A stretch of 64,000 nucleotides of DNA from Haliotis rubra (Eukaryota). Of this stretch, positions 38,179 through 51,546 are shown piece by piece; positions within the stretch are counted from its first letter, which is position 1; each line of letters opens with the position of its first letter. The DNA is taken from NCBI RefSeq assembly GCF_003918875.1, contig NW_025766966.1:744001-808000 (forward strand). The letters run 5' to 3'. The translations under genes were made by a program, and so were the position numbers. The notes under the pieces are model-generated. The model saw only the letters and a program-made list of their open reading frames with translations. It did not search any database and was not told the origin of the DNA.

Positions 38179-41100
38179 ATGTCAGTGTGTCGTGTCACAG
38201 GCGGAGTCCGATTCGGACAGTGTAGGTCAGCGCTCCTGGTCTTCAGGCGACACAAGGCAACAGCTGCGGCTATCCAGTCTAAAGAAGATGGCGAGGCCGT
38301 GAAACCTTTTTCGGCACTTCCGGGACCGAGAGGTCTGCCTTTCATCGGGACTCTGTTCCACACCTTGAGAAATTCCTCACGACTGCATGAATCTATCCAA
38401 GATCGCCACAAGACCTATGGACCAATTTTCCGCGAGAAGCTCGGGGTCTTAGACGCCGTGTTCTTGATGGACGTGGATGCTGTGGAGTCGTTACTGAGAC
38501 AGGATGGGAAATATCCATCCCGTATGCAGGTTGACATATGGCACGAGTACAGGAACATCACGGGCCTAGGAAAGGGACTGTTGTTGAAGTAAATGAATAT
38601 CTGGATTTTAGTACGTGGGGATGTATCGACTGTTTATGCCGCTTAAAGGCAAGAATATTGGTGCGGGGACGTAAACCCGTTGGTCAACTATCTGGTTTAA
38701 TTCTGATTTGTAAGTTGTCGTTTTGGAAATGTCCACAGTTAGTAAGTGGGTATTAACGCCGAATTGAACAAAATTGACCTACATCAGATCGTTACTTATC
38801 TTTGCTTGAGGAAAACCTCAAACCTATGCACTGCAGGATCACGACTTCCATGAAAGCCCAGACAGTAAACCACGGGCACAAGCAGTGGTGTTAAACCCCA
38901 GAAACATAATCAGGGCAAACCTCTCAAAGGTGGATTGAAACACACATTCATAGGATTCTGTCTCTCCCAAGGGAGCTAACTCAGTGAAATGAGGCGACTA
39001 AGAGATCTGAGTCCCCCAATTCCAGGGTGGTCATGTTAATATTTTTATGAATCACAATATTTTCCTGCAAATACAGACATGATGTAGGTACGGTAATTAT
39101 TACATTCATATCTGTCTATTCAGCGAGGGTGAAAAATGGCATTCTCTGAGGCGTATTGTGGACAGACACATGCTGAAGACTAGAACTGTGGAGTCTTATG
39201 CTGGGGACTTCAACACGGTGGTGGCTGAATTCCTCGACAGACTGGACAGGATCCTACCCGGCGATAAAGAGATGCCCAGCCCTGACGAGGAGCTGTTCAA
39301 CTGGTCCCTGGAGTGTAAGTATGTCAGTTGTGTAGACCCCATTATCTTTGTTACTGACAACCGCGATGGGAAGCTGGGTATTATTTTATGTTCCAGAGGT
39401 TGGACCGATAATTGACCAAACAAGGTGGAGGCTGTAGAGCACATCAAACATTTCATTTACAGTGTTAGGAAATCATGAAATTCATGTTTTGCCAGTTTCT
39501 GGCGTATTTTGTTTTTGAAACCTGATGAACTGATGAATGTGGTGTGAAACAAAATCGCCACAAGTCAGTTTCAAGATAGTGTACATCTATTTATATCCTA
39601 TTAGGAGTGGGCTGCTTAGTGGTTCCTCACGATCCGGGTTCGATTCCCCACATGGGTACAATGTGTGACTTGCTTGAATATTGCTAAAACGGCGTAAAAC
39701 TAAACTCACTTACTCCATTGTTGTTAGTGAAGTTCCATGTTCCTTCCACAGCCATCAGCAGAATTCTATACGAGAAGAAACTGGGGTGTCTGTTGGATGG
39801 GAAGAGCAAGGACGCACAAGATTTCATCAACAGCGCTCACGAAATCTTTGCGACATCCCGAACACTCGTATTGTTCCCTCCTCAAGTTTCTAAAGTGATC
39901 ATGCCAAAACTTTACAAGCGGCACATGGCATCCTGGGAAACTTCATTCCGTGTGGGTGAGTCTGACACACCATCCTATGTACCTCATTCTGTGTAGGGGA
40001 GTCTGACACACCATCCTGTGTACCTCATTCCGTGTAGGTGAGTCTGACACACCATCCTATGTACCTCATTCTGTGTAGGTGAGTCTGACACACCATCCTA
40101 TGTACCTCATTCCCGCTTAGGTGAGTCTGGCACACCATCCTGTGTACCTCATTCTGTGTAGGTGAGTCTGACACACCATCCTGTGTACCTCATTCTGTGT
40201 AGGTGAGTCTGACACACCATCCTGTGTACCTCATTCTGTGTAGGTGAGTCTGACACACCATCCTGTGTACCTCATTCTGTGATTCTGACTCACCAAGTTG
40301 ACGAACTCACTATCGAGAATATATCATCCTGTACACCGCATACCATGCGGGCATTCCACGTGACTATCCAACTTTTATGTATCATACTGAGTGCTTTTAG
40401 AGTGATGGTACGACGTATCCTGTCGGTTGCACCGGTCATAAACAAATGCAAAGGCTAGTCAATCGTTAAATTCAATTAAAAGCATGGGAACAAATCATCA
40501 CAGGGAATCACATTGGACGTAATTTTTGTCTTTGCTCAGATATTGCTTGACACAATGATAAAAGAGATTAACCCATCCCGTCGTCCTATCGTGACTGTGA
40601 CTAAACGTTGATGGGAAGCAATGCCAATATCGAAGATTTCCGCATCAGTACCGCAAATGCAGTTCTCGGTTTTGACTTCTACACGTGATTGTTGGCCATT
40701 GTATCTATTTGTTGTAGAACCGGAAGACGGACAGCCATCCCGCCTTCCTAGTGCGCACATCTTGCATGCACTATTTCATAGTAAAACCGGAATAATACAA
40801 TGGCCTCTTATAATTATGATGAGGGTGCTTTCACTATTATTTCAGCTAAAGGAGTAATCGATGAGACAATTGAGAGGATTAAGAACAAGGCTGAGATGGA
40901 TGAAGGAGACGTTGGTTTCATCACTCACTTCCTGAAGGAGAACATGGACATTGAGGACCTGTACGTCAATGTGTGGGAGCTCATGGCCGCCGCCGTGGAT
41001 ACGGTGAGTCCTTATGGATACGGCAGATCTTAATGGACACGGTCAGTCTTTATGGATACGGCAGATCTTCATGGATACGGTGAGTCTTTATGGATACGGC

Positions 41101-44100
41101 AGATCTTCATGGATACGGTGAGTCTTTATGGATACTGCAGAGCTTCATGGATACGGTGAGTCTTTATGGAAACGGAAGATCTTCATGGACACGGTGAGTC
41201 TTTATGGATACGGCAGATCTTCTTGGACACGGTGAGACTTTATGGATACGGCAGATCTTCATGGACATGATGAGTCTTTATGGATACGGCAGATCTTCAT
41301 CGTGGTGAGTCTTTATGGATACGGCAGATGAGTCTTTATGGATACGGCAGATCTTCATGGACACGGTGAGACTTTATGGATACGGCAGATCTTCATGGAC
41401 ATGATGAGTCTTTATGGATACGGCAGATCTTCATCGATATGGTGAGTCTTTATGGATACGGCAGATCTTCATGGACGCTGTGAGTCTTTATGGATACGGC
41501 AGATCGGTGAGACTTTATGGATACGGCAGATCTTCATGGATGGATGAGAGTCTTTATGGATACGGCAGATCTTCATGGACACGGTGAGTCTTTATGGATA
41601 CGTCTTCATGGACACGGTGAGTCTTTATGGATGGATACGGCAGATCTTCATGGATCTTCATGGATACGCGTCTTTATGGATACGGCAGATCTTCATGGAC
41701 ATTTTATGGATACGGCAGATCTTCATCGATATGGTGAGTCTTTATGGATACGGCAGATCTTCATGGACGCTGTGAGTCTTTATGGATACGGCAGATCTTC
41801 ATGGATACGGTGAGACTTTATGGATACGGCAGATCTTCATGGATATGAGTCTTTATGGGCACAGTCTTAACTGATACGTTGACACTTTAAGGATACGTTG
41901 AGTCGTAACTTTTATTGGGAGTCCTTATGGATAGAAGAAAAACGGGTATAATGAATATTACCTATACCGATAGGAAGAGAAAACTTAAAACATACAATTT
42001 CAACGAACACTGATCTAAGCCTCTGTATGTCGGTGTGCAGAGTTGTAGCTCTTAGCTGGAGCAGGGTCTGCTGGCCGTGTTTTCCATCACATTCCCATGT
42101 TTGGGGGTTTCACAAAGGAAATAATGATCGGCATCACTTGGATTCTTCCATGCAAATAAAAAGGAAACTTTCTGCTGCAAACAAACAACCCCCTCTCTCT
42201 CGTTGTAGACGTCATACACAACGCTGGCCATGCTGAACGAAATATCACGTTGCCCGCGTGTACAGGACGCCATCTATGAAGAAATCACACGAGTTGTTCC
42301 CCCTGGCGAGCACCCCACAGCTGATCATCTGAAGGAGATGCATTACATCAAGGCGGTCATTAAGGAGACGCTCAGGTACACGCAAAGGCCGTTATATCTG
42401 TCTCTTATACTTCAGTAAAGGTGCTGTGGAGCTGTGATATGGGATAGAGCTATTATCCCCTACCTCCATATGTTATTTTCCAAATGTTCCTATTTCCATG
42501 GCACTGATTTTATCACTATTGGAAGTAACCTTCTTTTTAGTAAACATCAGTTGGAAGGAATTTTTTCAATGTTAATTTAACTATATAGTGAAAATGAGAA
42601 ATTGCCTATATAAGTATATCTTATAATGTCCGTAAGGGACTTTCCATTAGATGAACAAATATTTTGGCTCCTGTTTTACCAAGGGAAGTTAACTGTTCAC
42701 TGAACATGCTGGATGTTCTGGCAAAAATACTGACTTTATTCCTAATTTAGTAACATAACATGTATTTATTTAGCTTGACATTGATACCCGTCTTCCAGGA
42801 TGTACCCGACTGTGGGTGGTATCTCCAGGATTACACAGAACGACCTTGTGCTTATGAATTACAGTATTCCTAAAGGGGTATGTATTGGCACTCGGTCTTC
42901 AAACACATACCCCACTACTTCACTCTTTTTGCGTTCACTGTTTCTTAATAAAATGATCCATACAAACCGATTAAATACAGGCGGGTGTTAGGGTGAGGTA
43001 CAGGTCAGCATATGGTCGTTGTTAGGTCAGGAAACGGTAGCCCAGTGGTTTAAGCCTTCACACCTCACACCAACTACACCGGTTTTGTAATCTAATGGTC
43101 CGGACCGTGATGTAATTTTTGAAGAACAAACACTACCGCTTCATATCTTAGATATATCCACTACACCCGACCCGTTGGCTTGTTCACTCAAGACATCGCT
43201 TTGTTATTTATGATATTTTACATGTGAACTTAGACCACTGTCTGGGTGGACCCTTACACCATGGGACGTCTCCGATGTCACTACGACGACCCCGACACCT
43301 TCCTCCCCTGAACGCTGGCTCAGAGCTACTAGGACGACCAAAACGCACCCTTTTGCATGGTTGCCATTCGGGTTTGGAGTCCGCGCATGCGTGGGTAAGT
43401 ATCATCCAGACTTCCGGTTCCGGTACTGGCATCTTGTATTGTTTCAGATGCAAAATACTAAAATGAACAGAAAACAGCGACAACTCACCATACGCGATCT
43501 ATATCGGTAGCAGCCACAGTATTTAATTTGCCAATATACCAATTTGCAAAACGTGTTTGAACGCACCTGTTTAAAGGTTTAACATTATAACAATGTGCTA
43601 TATTAAGCGGAATATTTTAACGCAATTATCTATTGCACAATGCGATTTTTCGCTATATGTCATCTTCCTGCAAAGCATACATGGATATATATTCACTCTC
43701 GCACTCTTTTTCTTCATCATATACCGACGGTATGCTCCGCTCTGCTTTACTTACGTTTTATGATTCGTGAAGGTCCGGGTTAGAATGAATCTTCAGTAAC
43801 CCATGCTTGTCGTAAGAGGCGACTAACGGGATCGGGTGGTCAGGCTCGCTGGCTTGGTTGACACATGTCATCGGTTCCCAATTGCGTAGATCGGTGCTCA
43901 TGCTGCTGATCTCTGGATTGTCTGGTCCAGACGCGCTTATTTACAGACCACCTCCGTATAGCTGGAATATTGCTGAGTGTGGCGTTACAACAAACAAACA
44001 AACCAACCAACTTACGTTTAAAGTGTTAGTTTTTTTAATGAATGTCCATGCCATTGTCAAACGAAGTGTCCATACCATGCTACCGCCATATAGCTGGAGT

Positions 44101-45094
44101 ATAGCTGAGTGCGGCGTAAATGTAAACTCACTCACTCGCCCATACCATGCTAAGTTAGCGAGTCTAAATCACTTCAAGGTCAGAGAATTGAAGACATATT
44201 AATTCGAATATTCTTATCTGTTCTGTTCATAACTATGCCATCGTAGATTTACTAAAATGGCTTCCAGTCATCAAGGTAATGCTAACGGTTTGGGTTATCA
44301 TCTATTTACAGGCCGACGCGTCGCTGAACTCGAGATGCAACTCTTAGTCTCACAGGTGAGATTGTTCAGAAAAAAGACGTTTACTGTTTACAAGAAAGCA
44401 GATCTGAGGAAACTATAAACCGTTTTTTCAGGCTTAATGATTCTCTTCATCAAATATTGCCTATGTCCGCCGCCTTGAATTTGCTAGAATATCAATAAGA
44501 TTCTTATAAGCTACTCACTCACTTATCAAATGAGTCATCTTTGATTTGCCAAAGTTAAATCTGAGTGAAGATATTTGGTTGCATATTTGCTTACAGTCAT
44601 ATCATTTGGAGTCACTTTGTGATTGCTATTAGATCACTCTTTTCTCTTGTGACAAACCATGCTGGACGATATTGATAAACCGTTTGAAGTCTTTGAGACA
44701 CATATCAAACTCAATTTAAGTTTAAGTAGTCGGGCTTTTAAAGATGATGTTAAAAGTACACTGCCTACTCCTCAGACCTCTAGGATAACTCCATCAACAC
44801 AACACCACGTAAATATGCAGTGTTCCTGTAAAAAAACATATGTGAGAAATGCATTCCTAGTACCTTTTTCAATTAAACTTAATTGACATGACGGTATTCA
44901 TATTTTTTCTACAAATGTAACCATATATTGATTACGGGAATCTGCCTTCCAATTACACATTTTGTATGTTTCAGTTTGTGCGCAAGTTCAAGCTGGAGGC
45001 TATTTCTAAAGAACCATTCCGGATAAAATTCGACCTACTTCTTCTGCCAAAGGATCCTGTGAGAATCCGTCTCTTAGACAGAGATTCGCACTAG
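38179..45094 (+). CDS. Mitochondrial-clan cytochrome P450, paralog 2 (~510 aa; +1 frameshift in exon 7, pseudogene or sequencing error)
   Basis: Exons 38179-38588, 39124-39314, 39752-39955, 40846-41003, 42209-42375, 42799-42877, 43234-43394 (161 nt vs 160 in the paralogs), 44312-44355, 44975-45094. Motifs AAAVDTTS, KETLR, FGFGVRACVGRR. Confidence 0.88.
39956..40281 (+). repeat. 41-bp minisatellite (~8 units) starting exactly at the intron 3 donor of P450-2
   Basis: Unit gtgagtctgacacaccatcct(a/g)tgtacctcattc(t/c)gtgtag. Confidence 0.95.
41004..41860 (+). repeat. 38-bp (2x19) minisatellite starting exactly at the intron 4 donor of P450-2
   Basis: Unit gtgagtctttatggatacg-gcagatcttcatgga(t/c)acg, about 20 or more partly degenerate copies. 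Confidence 0.95.
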
Positions 45095-48000
45095 CTTGAA
45101 TGTGCTCTCACACATTCGGATTGTAATCCCGAGACAAGCCGAATGAAGGGCGGAAACAGCAACTTCCACCTGTGCTCCTCGTGCGTTCTGTTGGCTTTCG
45201 TCTAAACTGTTTAGACATGTGTTTTTATAGGGTCTGACTCTTTAGAGTAGAGGATCCCATCAATGGTTTCTCTCAAATTGAAATCCAGGTACAGAGTTAC
45301 GCTTTGTCTCCAGTTGTCCGTTAGTTCATCCTTTCTACAATATGATCTGTGATTCTTGCCTTTGTCATGTCATAAGTTCGTTCAAATTATCAAAACTGAA
45401 AAAGCAATCATATCAATTTCATTAAAAATACAATTATGAATATGCATTTCTGTGAGGGGTTTTAAAATATCTGATTGTGCGTGAGTGTCTGAGATTTGAC
45501 GGTGACATGGGTTAAAGGGTTATAATTGGGAAGAATGCCACAGCTCTTCGCACCAAGAACACAGGTCACACCATGTGAGGAGTACAGAGTGTTTCACGTA
45601 TGAGCATGTCAGCGGTTACAGTCTGTCTGATTACTATCCATAGATGACACATTCATATATATACATATATCAATTTTCTAGCATTATCACTCGGGGAGCA
45701 CCATAATTGGGCTTCACACATTGCACCACTGTGGCAATCGAACCCTTGTCTTCGGCGGGATGAACGAACACTCTAACCATTAGACTACCCACCTCCCCCA
45801 ATCGTGGTGTATGTATGAGCAGGTTAACAAACAGGAGGTAAAGATTCAAATTCTGCCAATGTTCAAGCAAAGGTTTGTCACCATATAGTGGGGAAGCGAA
45901 CCAGGGTCTTCGGCGGGATGAACGAACGCTCTAACCATTAGACCTCCACCTCCCCAAAATCATGGTATATTCATGACCTTTATACCTTCAAGGAAAGGTT
46001 TGTTTACACAACGAAAACAAAGATATAGAGAATACAATGAAATGGCGGCAGCCTTGTCCAACGAATGATATTTAGTTACTGTACGTATCTTCGTTTTACG
46101 TTTCTTGACAATCACCTCGACCGTGATGCAAACTGATGGTGAGTCAGCAAGCCGTCCATGATGTCGCAACATCTAGGTCGACATATGACATCTAGTACGA
46201 ACGGACAAGGACGTCTCTCGACATTCAGTGGTGACAAGGCAGACTGAGATCTATATAAGGCCTGTGTCCCAGTTAGGGTATCAGCGATTTGACCTTATCC
46301 TGACACCCCTGTCATTCGGCACTCTTACAAGGCAATGAGTGAACTTTACTATCAGCGGTAGCCTCCCAAATTTAGACAGCCATATCTTAGACAGCTTAAT
46401 ACAACATTTCTGGTTCAGTGCACAACTAATCCTCAAGCTGATACCTATTTCTTATAATGGATCAGTCCAGTAGAATCAATTAGAAAAGACGTTATGTTCA
46501 TTCAGCATATTTATTATAAGTTCAACAGAGATAAAAAAAATAAATAGTAAATAATAAAATATGGTATGTTGATCATGTCCATTCTTGGCAAGTAGCATTC
46601 CACCTAACAATCATGCAGAGGTGGATAAGTCCAAAATTTCATATTCACTTAAATAAATAATTGACATGATACATTGACATGAAAAAGATCTAAAAGTTTG
46701 GAAAAGAACTGATTCCTGTTGTACATATACTGTTCACAATGTAGAGAGCTGTATCAGATATACACAGCGATCGTTGTTAATAACCAAGATGTTGACGGCT
46801 TGAGCAATATGTCACTAGCTGGTCGCACATTGTGACCAACCGATCCCCCGACTATAGTCGGCTTTTCGTGTCAATTTTGGACGAGTTAGACTAACACTTA
46901 GTCTCTGAATATATGTATAATTTTGATAGTAACAAATAAACCCATTTAAATTGAAAAGGAGCCCCAGTCAGATGGGAGATTCAGAACCTAAGGACTCTAG
47001 ACTTGCTTTATTTGGGGCTTTAGCATTGCAGGAAGGGCTGGGCAGTAGGGAAATTAATGTGGTTCAGGGACTGTGAGACTGGATGAGCCTATAAGGACAT
47101 ATATAGCCTTTACTATAGTAAGTCAAACATTTCTACTTGTATGCAGCAGGCGAAATTCAAAATTAACACATCGTTATTAATATAAACAAATCAGTTAACG
47201 CCCTATTATGCCACTGGGTAGTCTGGCCAAGAGCCAGTTGTTTACAGGCTGGCCTCGTAGTGCTGTGGATTGGGTTGGAGAACAGACACTTTCTGGTGTT
47301 ACGCAAATTGTGTGAGGATCGGGTACTACTGGCTTTTGGGCCCAATCGATTCTGTTTCGGCAGATGTATTATCAGTTTTATTCCCTGTCGTTGACATTTC
47401 ATATTAACTATATACTCTTCACGTACACATGGATATAGACTAACGCTTAATCTCTGAATATACAGACTTTTCATAGACACAAATACTTCCTTTTAATTGA
47501 AAAGGAGACCCAGTGAGATGGGAGATGAAATCTAGACTTTAGCATAGCAGAAAGGGCTGGGCGGAAGAGGCAATAATGCCACTGAATACGTTAAACATTA
47601 ACCAATACCTCTCAAACCCTACAATCACCATATGGATGCACTCTCTGAATACAACCTAGTGCCAATAGAACTGTGCTCCTGAGTCAAGAAGGGCTGTCAT
47701 TAAATAAGAAAAATCTAGAAAACCTGGTTAAAGCTAACATTGTATTTATGACAGCCAACTGTATCTGGAGACAAATAACACATGGTGAAAGTTATATTAT
47801 TAACAAGTAATTGTTACTAAACACAAGCAATCTCAGGGGTTAAAGCCCCAATCAAGAGTGAAAAACATCGCCAATTTCAAAGACATATTATCCAAACCAA
47901 CATACAAAGTCACTATAACATCTTCAATACATGAATACGCTTTCTTATCCAACCGATAAAACCTAAAAACAATGCAAAATATAAAACTTCTTAAACATAA

Positions 48001-48876
48001 TGTATGGACAGTAAATTCCTTATGAGACATCTAATACGTATCATGAAGCCGAACTGACCATTGGGCAGCGTTGAGCTGGAAAGCCGCTATTGTCACTGAA
48101 ACATGAAGAGCCTCGTTTATCGACCCGGTGACAGACAGTATGAAAAGGAATTTACTATATTTGGCATGCTCTTAAGTGAATGAGTGAGTTTAGTTTTACG
48201 CCGCACTCAGCAATATTCCAGCTATATGGCGGCGGTCTGTAAATAATCGAACCTGGACCAGACAATCCAGTGATCAACAGCATGAGCATCTATCATTTGG
48301 GAACCGATGACATGTGTCAAACAAGTCAGCGAGACTGACCACCCAATCCCGTTAGTCGCCTCTTATGACAAGCATGGGTTGCTGAAGACCAGATCCAACC
48401 CGGATCTTCACGGGTAATATAAGTATGAAGTCAAATCTACCACCACAGTATGTTATCATCTTTTCTCAGTAGCAGACCGACTACTCACGATTTCACATAT
48501 ATAAATGTACCTGTTTCACAAAGTGGTCCAAAATATATAGTATTTCTCTGGCTGTTATAACTGAAGGTAAGATCGTTTTGTGGGCCATAGTTCCCTTCCC
48601 TTCACACAGTCCCGCTTATAGCGTGGACTCAATAACGCGGGCTGGGCCACTCAACGCTGTAACTATTGTAAACAGCCTGATAAAGAAAGTAGGTCAGATA
48701 CCTATTCGCTTCAACGGTCGGTAGCCCTCAACCAGTGGAGGTTGTCAGGCGAAATTCTTTCGATCGTTTCATCATTCTAATAGAGTTTATATATCACCCG
48801 CCGTGCAATACCAGTAACTTGTGATGAAGCTGTGTCCAGCGCATCTACTGCTTGCCTAGTCTCGCAGCTGTACAAC

Positions 48877-51504
48877 ATGTTGTCACGGGTCGTGTTGAGC
48901 AATGTCCGACCAGGACAGGCCATATCGGCCGCGTCTGTCTTGTGTCGATTCAAGGCGACGACGTCGTCAACCCAAGCCGACGATGATGTTGCAGACGTCA
49001 AACCGTTCTCGGCGCTGCCCGGTCCGAAGGGTTTGCCTTTTGTCGGCACTGTGTTCGACGTCATAAAGAATTCGTCGCGGATGAATAAAATGATCCAGAA
49101 ACGTCACGAAACGTATGGACCCATCTACCGGGAGAAGATGGGAGCGATAAATGCTGTGTTTCTGACGGACGTTGAAGCGGTCGAGCAGCTGTTCCGACAG
49201 GATGCGAAGCACCCACGTCGAATCGACATTGAACACTGGATTCAATACAGGGAGGAACGAGGGCTGAATAAGGGACTTCTCATGTCGTAAGTAGATTCAT
49301 ATAACCATTGTTGGGTTTGAACATGGGATCTTTGTGCATATCAATTCCAAATTGGATGGTACCGAACACAATCTAGTGAGAAGCTGGTTGAGAGTATTGC
49401 ATATCATTAAACATTTCCATCGCTATTGTTCGTGCCAATGTGTCCCTTGGTTGTGATAATTTAAAGGTCACATGCAACCAAAAAATAATTAAACATAATT
49501 AAAACGCAATTATAACTTATTCATGACATATAATATACATTGCTGATTATGAAATAACATATTAACAAAATTATAAGCATACAATCGCAAATCAAAAGTG
49601 CAATATTTTGTACTTGGGTTAACTTCCCTCGAAACGAAGCACCCGGGATACCGAACCCAGTCAGAGCGGGTGGGTGTGCACTCAAGTGTAACGAGGAGTT
49701 TCATTGTCTGGTTCATTTGCAGATGCCCTCACGGCTCATTGTGTGTGTGTACATAGAGATGTTGGGTTTTGTAAATACATGACCATTTTGTGTGTATAAC
49801 ATTTTGCAATCAACAGACATCATAACATGTCATGTGTACAAGTATCACACCTGCCTGTCTGTGTAATTACATAATGTGACAGAGACCGAACTCGGGCCAT
49901 AAATCAATGCGTTTTGTTTATGGTGTATAGCCTGATAGGTGTTAAGTTCAAATTGCATGTGGTCAGTGATCGAAGTTGTGTATTGAATATTGTCATTAGC
50001 AGACAGGCAGGCAGACACATAGGTGTCAATAAAACAGACATTGAGTTTTGTCTGTGACAACGACATATCTATATCACAGTTAGAAATTCTGTCAATGCTA
50101 AATAATGACATTGCTTTTAAGTATCGAACTGAGAAAGTGACTCGGTAAGAAGAACGTGTGGTGAAATAGACAAATGAAATTATATGAACAGTTAAATCGG
50201 TAATCTACTGTCATAACATATAAAAAGCTCGCGCCTGTGAAATATCAACAAAACATTAGAAAAATAGCTCACATCAAAGCCTTCACCGAGTATTCACCGC
50301 CAGCGAAGGTTTTCCGTCTTGAAATGTCGAACGCCTCACTGGTTGACACATAGCTGAGTAGATCTAGATCCTAACAAGGTTCTTTTATGTAATGAGTAGA
50401 TTATTTACTATTTGTTTTGATTAGACTACTCCTTCTCACGACCTTATATTAAATCCGGAATCCCGCTTCCAAGCTGCGCGAACCTATTTCACTGCACATG
50501 CGCTATGAGCGCAGCCCAGCGCAGCGCAGCACAGCTGTTGAAACCACTTTTCACCCCAAGCGCTGGGATGAATTTAGTGAATCGTTTGAACTCAGATTTC
50601 GCGGGTTTTTTTCATCGCGTTATTTTTCAACTTTATAAGCTGAATTTGCATTTTTGATGATTTGTATCTGTAAGTCCATACCGAAAGGTATCAGAATCTG
50701 CAAAGTTGTGTTTTACGTTGCATGTGACCTTTAACCTGTGGGTTAATCAAAACCACATCACGGGCTTTTGATCTGAAGCAAGACTTTGAACTTTCAAAAG
50801 TTCCCAATCCCTTTCAACATTGAATAGAATATGTTCAACAAACCTGTGGGTGAGTGAGTTGGGTTGAACGTCGCTCTGAACACAATCGCTTTAAAATCAT
50901 ATATTTACTCACAAATTTTCTCCTTCAAAGATCTGACCACACTGGGGTTCTTTTTGGGTGAACTTTCGGATCAGACGATCTGTGCCTCCATGTTACCGAT
51001 ACTACTGAGAAGAAGTCGGAGCAACATTTCTGATTTCAACCTGTGAAGATCCGGGGTAGAATAGGTTTGCAGCAACCCGTGGAGATCCGGGGTAGAATAG
51101 GTCTGCAGCAACCCGTGGAGATCCGGGGTAGAATAAGTCTGCAGCAACCCGTGGAGATCCGGGGTAGAATAGGTCTGCAGCAACCCGTGAAGATCCGGGG
51201 TAGAATAGGTCTGCAGCAACCCGTGAAGATCCGGGGTAGAATAAGTCTGCAACAACCCGTGAAGATCCGGGGTAGAATAGGTCTGCAGCAACCCGTGAAG
51301 ATTCGGGGTAGAATAGGTCTGCAGCAACCCATGCATGTCGTAAGTGGCGACTAACGTGGTCGGGTGGTCGGAATCGCCGACTTGGTTGACACATGTCATC
51401 GTATCCCAATAGTGTAGATCGATACTCATCTCTGGATGGTCTGTTCCAGCCCCGATTATTTACAGACCGCCGCCATATAGCTGGAATATGGCTGAGTGCG
51501 GCGG

Positions 51505-51546
<42 letters not shown>

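Noticed and set aside
39956-41860. CRISPR-like arrays
   Set aside because: Units are contiguous with no unique spacers, the context is a eukaryotic intron, and no cas genes are present.
39956-41860. De novo intron gain by tandem duplication
   Set aside because: Both introns occur at the same position and phase in all three paralogs, so they predate the repeats.
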